A DNA stretch of 64,000 bases from Okamejei kenojei (GCA_035221665.1 CM069137.1:76694001-76758000); one strand, 5' to 3'; counted from the stretch's first letter, positions 23,501-36,291 are shown. Notes: generated by a model from the letters alone, not told the origin. Translations and numbers: made by a program.

Positions 23501-26378
23501 ACACGAGGTTCTGGAATTTCATAGGGCATTCTAAGTCTCTTTTCTTCCTTTCTCTTTTTGATCTCTGAAATTTCATATTCACCTTTTACGTTCTTGGTAC
23601 TGACAGCTGGTTTGTACAATATTGCAGCTTCTTGCAGAGCTTGCTTTGCTACAGCGTTCAGTGGAACAGATTCAACATTTGCAAGTATTTCTGCCATTCT
23701 AATTGTTTTGTCAATTTGTTTCTGAACATGTTGCTGGCGATCCTCCTCACTCTTGTATTGACGCTTAACATAAGTCATGCGTTCAACTTTCAGATACGCT
23801 TGGCAACTTGCAGATCCAGCACTGTTGGTAGCAGTGATTCGGTAAATGCCAGAATCTTCAGGCAAAGTATCCCTTACATGCAAAACATAGTAGTCCAGAC
23901 CTTCATGTACAATTTCAATATTTGGACATAATGACAAAGCCTGTCCATCTTTCTCCCATTTCAGAGTTGGCGCTGGTGTGCCAGACACTCTACACTCAAA
24001 ACGAATGTTCTGGCCTTCTATACATTCTGCATTAGCCAACAAACGTTTAAACATTGGTCTCAAAGTGCTGTCTGCTGCAGGTGGGCGAGGTATTACAGTT
24101 AGTTTGGCTTTGCAGCTGTCGTCACCATATCTATTGCGAGCTTGTACTGTGTACTCAGCATCATCATCGTTTGTTAACTTGTGAATTATCAGCTGATAGA
24201 GACCTTTGTCAGACACAAAAGTATATTTTTTCTCATCTTCACCAGGCTTAATCTTTTGTCCAGATTTCAACCAAGTTACTCTTGGGTCAGGGTGAACAGT
24301 TATAGTAACACCAAATCTGACATCTTCTCCAATGTAGGCAGTTTGGTTGTACAAAGGCAGAGTGAATTCTGGTGGTCTTTCAAGAAGCCTCATTGCATCC
24401 ACTTTACGTTTTACTCTCTTTACAGTACGTTGCATAAAGAATTTACGGATTTCTCTTACACCGCTCACAAACAGTTCAGCATAGGAACTATCTTCACCAT
24501 AGTCATTTACTACTTTGCACCTGTATGTACCATCATCTGTCTTGTTTATGTCTTTAACATACATTGTTGCCAAACCATCCTGATAGGTAATTTCATACTT
24601 GTCACTGCATTCAAGTTGCCTGACACCAAAGTACCAAGTGACTTGGGTAGATTGATCGTAATTTTCGATTCTGCAGGAATATTTAACATGACCGCCCTCT
24701 TCAGCAGTAGCGTGCATGATCTGTCCAGCAAGTGGACCAATTTCAATTGAAGATATTTTAACTTTAGCAACTGTAACTCCCCTTTGAGCTCTAACAGCTC
24801 CACCAAAGGAAATTCGAGCCACGGAAACAACAAGGTTCATTTCCTTCTTTATTAAGGTCTGATAGTACCTTCTGTGTCTCAAAGTCTTAATTACTTTGGT
24901 GCTCATTTTCTCTGTCTTCTGCTTCAACCATGTATGTTCAAGAGCATCAGCAGCTGTCATCCGACTCTTCCTTTCCTTGACCAACAGGCGATCAATGAAG
25001 TCAAGAGCTTCAGTTGTGATGTCCTTGAAAGCTTCATCCTCAAAACTATATTCTGCTCTAATAATGTTATCAATAACCTGTTGGTTTGTTTCAGCAATAA
25101 ATGGATTCAGACCACTGAGTAATACATACGCAAGTGTACCGACTGACCACATGTCTGTGGCTGCATTGACCACATCATGTTGGTGCAGTTCAGGTGCTGC
25201 GTACTCTGAAGCAGTGAACTGAATTCTAATGCTGTCTCCCGGTGTGAGTGCCCTGGCCTGACCAAGTTCAACAATCTTAATAAAAGAGCTTTTCCTTGTG
25301 GTATAGATTATATTGTCTGGTTTGATATCAAAATGCGCCACATTCTGATTATGTAGAAATTCCAATGCTTCACAGACTTGGCGAATGTAGATGATAACTT
25401 CTCTTTCAGTTAGTTCAAAGGTAGTAGTATTAATGCGCTCAAATATGTCAGCACCTGAAATAAACTCGAAGATCATGACTAATTCTTCAAGGCTCTCAAA
25501 TGATTCATGAAGCCATAGAATACTTCTGTGTCTAGCAATATTGAGAATGTCAATCTCTTTCTTCACAAGTACCTGATCAGCACCTTTGATTTTCACAAAC
25601 TTTGCCATGTATGTTTTCTTGCTTACGTTTTCCATACAGCGATGAACAATACTAAATTGTCCACGTCCTAGCTCTTCAGCAAATGTGTAGCGGGAATGAA
25701 GATCTTTAATAGTAGAATGATTAGCTTTGCTTTTAGTAATTGTTATTGTTTCATCGACCTCTTCATCATAGTTTATAACTCTTGACTTGTCTTCTTTTGT
25801 GACTATTGGATCAGTTGGCTCTGATGGCTTGCTCTGTCCAAACTTGTTTTCAGCAATCACACGGAACTGGTAGCTAGTTTTGCCAAATAGATTTACAACA
25901 GTGTAATGTGTATCACGTGACTGTGCTACGCGTATCCACATCTCTGCAGTTGTTGCACATTTCTCAATGATATAGTTAATTACTTTACTTCCACCATCAT
26001 TAGCTGGAGGACTCCATGTTAAATTGACAGAATCACGTGCAATGTCACTGACTTTAATTCCTCTTGGCATGTCAGGCACATCTGCTACGTCCAGTTCAAC
26101 TGTTTGCTGATCTATGCCAAATCTGTTCTTGGCACACACAACATAGAAACCAGCATCTTTTATGTCAACTCCATTCGGGAACACCAGAGATGTAAAAGAT
26201 CTGGTGACAATTACTTGAAAATGGCCGTTATTATCAATGAGATCTTGTCCTTTCTGCCATGTAATTACGGGATCAGGTCTTCCACTGAAAGGAATCTTAA
26301 TGCTTACAATTTCACCACGGAGAGCATGAACTGCACCCATGCCTTCAAGATGTTTGGGTAGTTGAATCTTGGCTGGGA
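20503..26378 (-). CDS. ttn: titin M-band exon (5876 bp): A169, A170, kinase (about 24925-25689), M1-M6, M8 and first half of M9 (fused Mex1+Mex3)
   Basis: 1965-aa ORF with kinase motifs GRGQFS, MAKF, HFDIKPDN, ELG, APE; TAG acceptor, CCT|GTAAGT donor. Confidence 0.96.
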
Positions 26379-26439
26379 CTAGAAACAAACAAAAAAAGGT
26401 TATAAATACTTAAAGGCAAGTGAATGTAAAAGTTAATGA

Positions 26440-27090
26440 GTAGGAAAGAACTGCAGATGCTGGTTTAAATCAAAGGTAGACACAAAATACTGGAGTAAAT
26501 CAGCACGGGACAGGCAGCATTTCTGCAGAGAAGGAATGGGTGACGTTTCGGATCGAGACCCTTCTCCAGATTGATGTCAGGGGAGTGGGCGGGATAGAGA
26601 TAGAATGTAGTCAGAGACAGTAAGACTGGTGGGAGAACTGGGAAGGTGGAGGGGATGGAGTGAGAGGGAAAGCAAGGGGTATTTGAAGTTAGAGGTCAAT
26701 GTTCATACCGCTGGGGTGTAAGCTACCCAGGCAAAATATGAGGTGCTGTTCCTCCAATTTGCGCTGGGCCTCACTCTGACAATGGAGGAGGCCCACAACA
26801 GAAAGGTCAGATTGGAAATGGGCAGGGGAGTTAAAGTGCGGAGCAACCGGGAGATCAGGTAGGTTAAGGTGGACTGAGCGGAGTTGTTCAGCGAAACAAT
26901 CGGCGAGTCCGAACTTGGGCTCGCCGATGTACAGGAGTTGACACCTTGAACAGCGGGATACAGTAGATGAGGTTGGAGGAGGTGCAAGTGAACCTCTGCC
27001 TCACCTGAAAAGATTGTTGGGGTCATTGGATGAAGTCGAGGGGCAGGTAAAGGGACATCTCCTGCGGTTGCAGGGGAAATAACCTGGGTT
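26440..27090 (-). mobile_element. Penelope-like element 3' part (GIY-YIG and terminus) in the intron before the kinase exon, sense to ttn
   Basis: FQVRQRFTCTSSNLIYCI(frameshift)RCSRCQLLYIGE...HFNSP...KLEEQHLIFCLGSLHPSGMN, followed by a terminus with a hammerhead-like core. Confidence 0.9.
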
Positions 27091-27279
27091 ACTGAGTTAC
27101 TGAAAGTGAATGAGTTTGAAATTGGTCTTGGAAAGCAGAGCAAAACTGGGAGTAGTGAATTGACAGCCCACTTTATAACCCACATAATATTTTCTTTAAT
27201 TCACGTTGATATAAAAGAAGAATGAAAAACAAAACCAGGCAACTTTTAAAATGTGGAAACAAAGAACTGCAGATGCGGG

Positions 27280-27425
27280 TTAAAGGGCCTGTCCCACTTA
27301 CAGGACCTTTACAGGCGACTGCCGGTACCCGTCATAGGTCGCCGAAATTTTCAACATGTTGAAAATTCAGCGGCAACCAGAAAGACGCTACGACTCTTTC
27401 GAGACCTCTCACGACCATACAGCCT
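27280..27425. mobile_element. one end of a probable MITE / non-autonomous DNA transposon
   Basis: TTAAAGGGCCTGTCCCACTT terminus interrupting a Penelope-type GAACTGCAGATGC start; internal palindrome AATTTTCAACATGTTGAAAATT; second end not found. Confidence 0.4.
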
Positions 27426-27639
27426 GTATGCCCAGGTGAGGGAGGGGGGATTTCATCGGAGGCTGGTTGGAACAAAGATAAGAAAGGATGGTAGATGTGT
27501 GGGACAGGTTTGAAGAGTTGCAAATCCAGAGGAGGGAAATTGGCAGGTGAGGGAGAAACACGGGGGTTCCAAGCTGAGTAGGAGGTGTCAAAGCACTGAG
27601 ATTGCTGTTTCACAATGATAATTTTGGATAACTCCTCAG

Positions 27640-28270
27640 ACTAATTACAGGTGCTTGGTTGATCAGGAGGGCAGTAATGGTATTTGGCACACTTGCCTTC
27701 ATTGGGAACATTATTAAGTACAAACATTGGCACATCATGGTGCAGTTGTACAAGTCATTGGTGAGACCATATTTGAGGTACTACGTGCAGTTCTGGTCAC
27801 TCAGCTATAGGAAGGATGTAAATTGAGTTGGAAAGGGTGAAGAAGAGATTCACAAGGATGATACCTGGGCTTGTGGGCTTGAGTTATTGGGTGAAGTTAG
27901 ATAGACTGTGACATTTTTCTTTGACACAAATGAGGTTAAGGGTTGTCCTTATTGAGGTATACAAGATCATGAGGGGCATTGAATCTCACTTTTTTCCCCA
28001 AGGCTGGAGCTTTCTAAAAGAAGAGGGCATTGGCTTAAGGTGAGAGGTGAGTGATTTAAGAAGCTCCTCATGGGCAACATATTCACTCGGAGAGTGGTCC
28101 GTATCTGGAATGAGCAGAGTAAGCTAAAGAATTGGTTACAATTACAACATTGAAAAGACATTTGGATAGATAGGAAAGGTTTAGTGGGCTATGGGCCAAA
28201 TGCAGGGTAGTGGGACTAATTTGGTCTGCATGAACAGGGTGGGCTGAATGGCCTGTTTCCATGCTCTATG
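27640..28270 (+). mobile_element. old CR1 LINE 3' fragment
   Basis: LYKSLVRPYLRYYVQFWS-like relic and tail GGGCTGAATGGCCTGTTTCCATGCT. Confidence 0.85.
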
Positions 28271-28342
28271 AATTTAATCACATCCCAGGTGTATTCAGAA
28301 ATATTACACAATTTTTTAAGATAATTTTTATATGAAACATAC

Positions 28343-28936
28343 CATCAACATCTAAAGATACTGTTGATGAGATGGAACCTCCTTGATTGATTGCTCTGAC
28401 TTGATATACGGTTGCATCTTCTCCTGTGACGCCAGTAATTACCAGTTGATAGTAGCCTCCCTTAAATTCCTGGATCTTTACCTTTTCACCATCCGGTTCA
28501 ATTTCCTTTCCCTGTTTAAACCATTTCACAACAGGTTTAGGATGACCAATAACCTTGCATACGAATGTGGCATTGCTCTTATATTTCACACTTAAATTGC
28601 GTATTTCTTCTTTAAACTTTGGTGCCTTGATTGGTATATCGCACATTGGAATAACAGGATCGGATATTTCACTCCAGTCACTCTCACCACCAAGGTTTTC
28701 ACATTTAACACGGAACTCATACTCCTTGCCTTCAATGAGGCCTTTGACACTGTGAGCTGTTTCATGGATTTCATCAGTTGTTACAGCGATCCATTTATTC
28801 TGCTTTTTCTCTCGTTTTTCAAGGTAATAATTTTTGATCTTTGCACCACCATCACTGGCAGGTGGCTTCCATGAAACCATACACGAGTCCTTTGTGACCG
28901 CAGCTACTATAGGTTTGGCTGGATTCCCCGGCTTCT
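28343..28936 (-). CDS. ttn: titin exon, FN3 A167 + Ig A168 (594 bp)
   Basis: EKPGNPAKPIVA...SLDVD; CAG / GTATGT. Confidence 0.94.
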
Positions 28937-29025
28937 CTGTAGACAGAAGTTAAGTGAGATATTTTAATATTTAGGCTATAACATGTTAATAGACAAACAA
29001 CAAATTCATTTATGTAGATACTTAC

Positions 29026-29331
29026 CAAATTGACTCTTGACGATGACAACGGAGGAAACTTCCAATGGTTTACTGACACCAAACTGATTTTGAGCAGAGA
29101 CACGGAAGTAGTAGCCAGCATTGTTGTTGAGGTGTGTAATCCTACAAGATGTGCCAGCAATAGAAGAAGATACCAGATGCCATTGTGCATCTTCCTTAGC
29201 TTCACGTTTTTCTACAATGTAGTTGGTAATTACAGCACCTCCGTCATCAAGTGGTGGCTTCCAACTGATTACTATAGAATTTTTCAGAAATGCATCAATT
29301 GATATTGGTCCTTCTGGCATATCTGGCTTAT
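29026..29331 (-). CDS. ttn: titin exon, FN3 (306 bp)
   Basis: DKPDMPEGPISID...VKSQF; CAG / GTAAGT. Confidence 0.93.
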
Positions 29332-29425
29332 CTGTATGGAAACATAGATGGTATTAGGCATTTCATTATTATTAACATTCATTGTAATGTAACTTATGCA
29401 TACATACACAATTGAATATCATTAC

Positions 29426-30001
29426 CTTGGATTTCTACGTTAAATGTTTTATCGATTGTTCCAAATGAATTGCTGAGTTGCACTCTGTATTTTCCAACAT
29501 GATTCTTTCGATGAATATTTCTCACTACAAGATGAGTGTAATGCTCTGTGTTCTCTATTGAAATATTATCTGAATCTGACAAGAGTTTCTTTTCATGGAA
29601 CCAGCGAATAGCAGGCACTGGACGGCCAATGTATACAACATGGATACGAAGACTTGTACCAACGCTTACAACATAGAGGTCTTTTTGTGGAAAAGAGGGA
29701 TGGAATTGTGGAGCAGCCTCAAGCAATACACTGCCGCTGATCTCGATTTCACCAGTATCATTAGTAGCTTTACAGTTATAGAGACCTTCATCATCTTGAT
29801 CGTCTGTTAAAATGGTGATAGAATGATTACGCCCGTCTGAACTCATCTTAAACTTGCGGCTTTGTTGCAATTCCTTTCCATAATGGTACCACTTAATTTC
29901 TGGAAGTGGTCTACCAATGATCTGGCAAGCCAGTTTTGCTGGTTCACCTAGCTTGGCAACAACTTCTGTGATTTCTTGTTTAACTGTTGGATCTTCTCCC
30001 G
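29426..30001 (-). CDS. ttn: titin exon, Ig-Ig (576 bp)
   Basis: GEDPTVKQEI...NVEIQ; CAG / GTAATG. Confidence 0.94.
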
Positions 30002-30092
30002 CTGTTGACAAAGAAGAGGAGACAAATGAGCTAAAGTCATTATATAACACAAAAATTATATTATTTAAAATAAAATATAAAAAAATACACAC

Positions 30093-30392
30093 ATGTCAAT
30101 TTAGTCTTGATTGCAATAACAGTTCTGCGAGGTCGGCTGATTCCTGTCTCATTCTCTGCAAAGACTCTGAATTCATATTCCGTGGCTTCCAGAAGACCAC
30201 CTTGTATAAACTGCCTATCCTTCATTCGTTCCTTACTGCATTTTTTCCAAGCACTATCACCGGACTGACGATACTCAACCCAGTAACCAATAATTTCCTT
30301 GCCACCATCGCATTCTGGACGGTCCCACTGAATGGTGATGCTATCTTTTGTGACAGATGTAACTTCAATCTCTCCAGGTTGGCTTGGTTTAT
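30093..30392 (-). CDS. ttn: titin exon, FN3 (300 bp)
   Basis: DKPSQPGEIEVTSV...KTKLT; CAG acceptor, weaker GTGTGT donor; joins the next exon as TKLT-S-GED; not in the ORF track. Confidence 0.88.
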
Positions 30393-30504
30393 CTGCGGAA
30401 ATGTATTTACTTGTTAAAATCTAGTAATTGTGTCATATCTGAAGTCACATCATCATAAATTTCATATTGATGTAGCATATTAATAGAGATTGAATGAAAC
30501 ATAC

Positions 30505-30810
30505 CAAAAGGATCCTTGCATTGAACTACATCAGAAGGTGGGCTTGGCTCACCAAGACCAATGTCATTCTGTGCCAAAATACGGAACTGATATTCAGCAT
30601 CTGGTATAAGTCCAGAAACACTGTACATTGTAGTGGTGATGTGAGTCTTGTTTTGTCGCACCCATTTATCTGTGCTAGACTCTTTGCGATCGATAAAATA
30701 TCCAGTAACACGCGATCCACCATCATCCTTTGGTCTTGACCAGCACAGGGTGACAGAACTCTTGGTGACATCCAGTATTTCTGGAGGATTGCTTGGAGGC
30801 TCTGGTGGAT
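30505..30810 (-). CDS. ttn: titin exon, FN3 (306 bp)
   Basis: PPEPPSNPPEILDV...CKDPF; TAG / GTATGT. Confidence 0.93.
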
Positions 30811-30908
30811 CTAGAGTGACAGTAGTGAATTAACAACCACGTACAAAAATTAAATAAATTCAAAAGATAAGATGACATTAAGATGACAATGAACAATATT
30901 CAACTTAC

Positions 30909-31493
30909 ATAGTGGTGTCTTTGGTACAACTGATTCTTCTGATTTCAAAGATTTGCTAATGCCGAATTGATTTTCAGCAGAAACTCGGAAGTGGTATTCC
31001 ACAGTTTCTTTCAAGCCTTTGACAACAATGGCAGTGTCCTTTACTCTAGAATCAACAGTGTACCAGGCAGTTTTGGATACTTCACGTCTCTCAACAATAT
31101 ATCCAATGATATCAGATCCACCATCATCAACAGATGGTCGCCAGCTTACTCTGACAGAACGAGCTTGAATATCATCAAATTCAAGTGGACCTTGTGGAGG
31201 ATCTGGATTGCCGATCACCTTCACCTTAATGTATACTGTCTTTTTGCCACACTTGTTTTCAAGAACAAGGTCATATGTGCCTGAATCTTCTCTGACTGAT
31301 TCTTTAATCACAAGTTCGGTGTGAGTCTCAGAAGTTGCAATCATTGCACGCATACTGATATCACGACCATCCTTTGTCCACTTGCAGACAGGAACAGGTT
31401 TGCCTTTAATGGGTACTGTTAGTTTGATTGCTCCACCTTGTCTTACAATCAGGCCTTCAACGTATTGATGGTCAAGTTTATAATCAGGATACT
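30909..31493 (-). CDS. ttn: titin exon, Ig+FN3 (585 bp)
   Basis: EYPDYKLDHQY...PKTPL; CAG / GTAAGT. Confidence 0.94.
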
Positions 31494-31860
31494 CTGTAAG
31501 AAAATAAAAATCAAGTTTTATATTAAAAAACAAGCAAATAATACATTAGTACCATCCAATAGCTAGGTATACATTTACAAAAGAACAAAACATAATACTC
31601 CAAAATTTCAATATGGGTTGAAAACAAAAATTGGAAAAGCCTAATAAGCATGTAAATTTTGTGGTAAAAATATAGGTCCCATTTCTTCTTTCATCACCGA
31701 GTGCCTGAGAATTAGCTGATGGTCTAACAGAGCATCAAAATGCATAAAAAGATGGAGGGTTCTTTTTTCATTTTAATGGCTAGCTGACAAATGTGAATTC
31801 ACCTGTATAATTCAACACACTTAGCTGAACACAAAACATAAGAATGTCAAAATTTCTCAC

Positions 31861-32163
31861 CGAGCATTTCAGTGACCTTAACAGTTCCTGGCACATCAGC
31901 TGGCTCACCAGGACCACCGGCATTAACTGCCATAATACGGAACCTATACTCGGCACCCTGTGGCATGTGAGTCAGGGTGTATTCACAGATCTTTGTTGGA
32001 GTAGTGTTGCACTTAGTCCATTCAAACTGGTCAACTTTCTGCATCTCAATAAGGTAGCCTGTGACCTTCGAACCACCTTCCTCTTCTGGTGGACTCCAAG
32101 CAACAGAAATTGATGTTCTGGATGTGTCCGTAACTCTTGGATTTTGTGGTTTTCCAGGTGGAT
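31861..32163 (-). CDS. ttn: titin exon, FN3 (303 bp)
   Basis: DPPGKPQNPRVTDT...VTEML; TAG / GTGAGA. Confidence 0.93.
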
Positions 32164-32843
32164 CTACAGAAACAGTAAATGTCATTAGTAATTGAAATTT
32201 TTATGTAAATAGTGTATTGAAAATACTTTTCCAAATGATGCTCAATGATTTGAAACAGAGTACAAATGAGGCAACTGGAATGTCAAAGTTTGACACATGG
32301 TTTATGTTAGGTAATTTAAGTTAAGCTTGTAATTGACAATACATGTAGGTTCATATATTTTTGCCTAGTGAAAAGAAAATCAGAGCGGGATCTGTTTTTT
32401 AACAGCTATTCAATGCCACCTATTGGAAGCGTACGTGGGGATTCTTCGTGAATACGTTTGGAGATTCTCCATAGTCAGATTACAGCACTTACAAAGCAAA
32501 CAAATATCATCTGATATTTTTACTACCTCAAACAATTTTACCAGAGATGTGCAGTTAATCCAGACACTGTGGTTTTCAGGCATTATTCCCATCATATTAA
32601 CCAAATTTTCCTATCACGGTGGAAAATGCAGCACTCTACAGTTGCACATCCACCTTGGCACCAGAAAAAAAAAAAGCAGCTCATTTAAACATTTTTCATT
32701 ACTATTATCTATAGGAAATTATTAATATTTAAGAAACTGAATGGAAGAGAGACCATTAGAATCATGAAATAAAATCTAAACAATTGATTTTTGGTGGCAC
32801 CTCTATCTTTGTACTGATATTGTAATTTGAATTGATACGTTAC

Positions 32844-33146
32844 CTATCGGGTCCATTGCAACTGCAGATTTGGAAGGTCTGCTTGGTTTGCTGGTCCCTC
32901 TAGCATTCACAGCTGTCACGCGATGTTCATATTCTAATCCTTCTATAAGGCCAGTGGAACGGTACCTTGTCATTGTCACAAGCACTTTGTTAACTTTCAC
33001 CCATCGCTCAGACCTTAGCTCCTTGCGTTCAATGATGTAACCAGAAATTGACGAACCACCATCTTCGATTGGTGGTTCCCAGGTAAGTGTCATGCCATCA
33101 CGGGATACATCAAATACATGGGGAGTACCAGTGGGGTCAGGCACAT
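32844..33146 (-). CDS. ttn: titin exon, FN3 (303 bp)
   Basis: VPDPTGTPHVFDV...AMDPI; CAG / GTAACG. Confidence 0.93.
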
Positions 33147-33455
33147 CTGCAGGGAAAAGAGAAATGAGGTTTGTAGAAAGATTATCATCCAGTGATTCAT
33201 AAAGAAATATTTGTAAAATATATTTTTAAATTATTACTGAACATTAGTGATTCTAAAAGTTCTAATATTCTATTGTTCAGGAAAAAAGTATGTTCTTAAA
33301 CCATTTATTTAATATTTAAATATCAATACTGGTTCATTAATTCATCATTACTGAAATAGTTATTCATTATAAATGTTAATGGATGAGCATTATGATCAAT
33401 CTTTACAACAAGCAATCCATTATTTATCTCTAATCATCACCAATTTTGCACTTAC

Positions 33456-33755
33456 TAATGGCACTCTTGCACTCCACAATGCTAGACTGTACGAATGACC
33501 CAATACCAAAACGGTTTGAGGCAGCGACACGGAATACATATTCAGTGCCTTCAGTTAATCTTGTAAATTTGAATGTGTTCCTGGTAACGGATTCAGACAC
33601 AGGCAGCCATCCTGGGCGATGAGCATCGCGTTGTTCCACAACATAACCGCTGATGGCGGCACCTCCATCTTTCTCTGGTGGTTCCCAACTGATGGTGACG
33701 GTGGTGGCATCAATTTCATCAATTTTAATTGAGCCTCTGGGTGGTCCTGGTTTAT
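33456..33755 (-). CDS. ttn: titin exon, FN3 (300 bp)
   Basis: DKPGPPRGSIKIDEI...CKSAI; TAG / GTAAGT. Confidence 0.93.
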
Positions 33756-33858
33756 CTATAAATTAATTGATATATTTAACAAAGATTCAAAAAATATTAC
33801 ATACTACATTGGGTAGCTGTTTAAGATTTTACAAATAGAATTTGGAAGAAAAACATAC

Positions 33859-34146
33859 CAAGAATGATCACTTTGATGGATTCAGTCGTAGTTCCGGCAA
33901 CATTTTTCAGTTCAAGTGTATAGTCACCAGTATCATCTATGGTGGTTTCACGCACAGTAAGATTGGTCACCTTTGCAATTCTTTCTATTTTGGTGCGATC
34001 ACTTTCTTTCAGTTTAGTACCTTCAAAGTACCATGTTGCAGCAGGAGGTGGACGTCCACTAATTGGAATAGATAATTCAATAGGCCTTCCAACATGTACG
34101 TTGATTGTCCTTTGAGGTATGCCTGCCAAATCAATCTTTGGTATCA
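33859..34146 (-). CDS. ttn: titin exon, Ig (288 bp)
   Basis: VIPKIDLAGIPQ...KVIIL; CAG / GTATGT. Confidence 0.93.
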
Positions 34147-34270
34147 CTGTTGGAAAATAAGCACAAGAATAAGACATATTTATGTATTATTATTACATTC
34201 ATCATGTACAATTTCATATCAATATGAGAACATATGTAAACAACAAAACTGAATTTAAAGCGGCACATAC

Positions 34271-34864
34271 CTTTTTGATCTTGCACAATGACAGCAGTTA
34301 CAGTCTCTCTTGGTTCACTGACACCTTTGTCATTCTGTGCCCTGACTCTGAACAGATACTGTTCAGACTCATTCAGAGAGATTATGGTATGCTCAAATAC
34401 TGTGTGCTTTAGAGTTGCAACTTTCATCCACCTTTCTGTGCCAGCTTTGCATGCTTCAATAACATAACCAGTCAGTCTGCAACCTCCATCGTGCAGTGGT
34501 TTTTCCCAGGCTAGTGTGACTGTGGATTTTGTGACATCAATTGCATCCAATTTCTGCGGCACCATTGGAACTTCTGAAACAAGGACTGCATCTGCGGTTT
34601 CACATGGCTCACCGACACCATAGATATTCTCTGGTGAGACTCTAAAATAATACATTGTGCCCTCAGTAAGTCCAGCTATTCTATAAATGGTCTTGCTGCA
34701 TTTAATTGTCACAGTTTTGAATGCTCTCATAGCAGCTTCCCGTCTCTCAATTATGTAATTGTTGACTGGTGCTCCACCATCAATCATTGGAACATCCCAT
34801 GTGATTACTACAGAATCTCTAGAGACTTCCTTTACTTTAACTGCACCAGGAGGGCCAGGCGTAT
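34271..34864 (-). CDS. ttn: titin exon, FN3-FN3 (594 bp)
   Basis: DTPGPPGAVKVKEV...VQDQK; CAG / GTATGT. Confidence 0.94.
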
Positions 34865-34953
34865 CTGAGAAGAGAGAAGTTATTTAAAAAACTTTTGCTA
34901 CTTTTTAAAAGTCTTGGAATAGATGGTAAATGAAAATATCTTGTTTCACATAC

Positions 34954-35235
34954 CATATACTTTGGCAACTATAGTAGCTGACTTCTTGCCTGAAGGATTT
35001 TCAGCCTCAATGGTGTATTTGCCTGCATCATAGCGATTCACCTTGTCAATTACAAGCAATGTGTAAGAATCTGTTGTATCGATATAAGCATGACTGTAGA
35101 GGTCAACATTTGGTTTACTCCATGTTAACACTGGAGCTGGTCGACCTGACACTGACACCATTAAGCGGAGTGAGCCACCGGCTCTGACAGTAACTGTCTT
35201 TTTGAGATCATCTGCAAGTTCAAGATCTGGTATTT
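34954..35235 (-). CDS. ttn: titin exon, Ig (282 bp)
   Basis: EIPDLELADDLKK...AKVY; TAG / GTATGT. Confidence 0.93.
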
Positions 35236-35483
35236 CTAGAAAAATAAAATAAAATGAAATAGAGAAGAAAAACACATTGCAGTCTTCCACGATAAAATAT
35301 TCAAGGTGTTATTCAAAATTGACATTGAATAAAATACTTAGGAGTAGATTCATTTCTAGTCACAATTAAACAGTAGCATATTTTAAGTAGCAGCTATGCA
35401 TATTTTATTCTAATATCAAAGGTACAGTCAGCAGTGTGTGAATAAAGAAAAACAATATAGATTGTTTTTATAATGCAACTTAC

Positions 35484-35789
35484 CTATTCTTTCTACTGCT
35501 TCAATTACAGCAGATGACTCACTGTATTCACTCATTCCATTTATGTTGACAGACGCAACTCTGAAATAGTATTTCTTGTTGGTGGTAAGACCTGTAATGG
35601 TATATTCTGTATTTCTTATGTTGTCTTTTGTGTGCGCTCTATACCACTGTTCCATACTTTCCTCTTTCATTTCGAGTACGTATCCAATAATATCAGAACC
35701 ACCATCATACATGGATCTTGTCCATGCTAAGCTGATACTGTGTTTGGTTGTATCTACAACTCTTGGTATTGAAGGTACTCCAGGTGTAT
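35484..35789 (-). CDS. ttn: titin exon, FN3 (306 bp)
   Basis: TPGVPSIPRVVDT...AVERI; TAG / GTAAGT. Confidence 0.93.
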
Positions 35790-35876
35790 CTACAATATAA
35801 TTTAAAAATATTATGTTCATAATTATTTACAGAATTACAACAAGAAACTAAAATAAAATAAAAATCTGACACTTAC

Positions 35877-36182
35877 ATGTGGGATCTTTGCATAGGATGT
35901 ATTGCGATGATTCACTAGGTTCACTGTTACCCGCGGCATTCACTGCTGTAACACGGAACTGGTATTCACAGCTCTCCATTAGATTTGTTATCTTGAGTCT
36001 AGTATCATAAATAGTAACGTCTTTGTTGACTCGAGTCCAGCGTACACTTCGTTTTTCACGTTTATCTACCAGATAATTACTAATTTCTGCTCCACCATCA
36101 GTTTCAGGTTTCAACCACTGGATAATTATGTGATCTTTTCCCACTGTAACAAGCTCTGGTTCACCAGGTGGTGATGGAATAG
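35877..36182 (-). CDS. ttn: titin exon, FN3 (306 bp)
   Basis: IPSPPGEPELV...CKDPT; CAG / GTAAGT. Confidence 0.93.
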
Positions 36183-36291
36183 CTGTTTAAAATTAATTGA
36201 TTTCAATTAATCAACCAATCAATTCATTCATTCATTAATAATCATTACTAAGATTAATAATAATTTGAAAATGAAAAAGAATTGTACTTAC

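Noticed and set aside
31494-32843. Two longer TE-free introns with E-box-like motifs as possible muscle enhancers
   Set aside because: Short motifs expected by chance; conservation or chromatin data would be needed.
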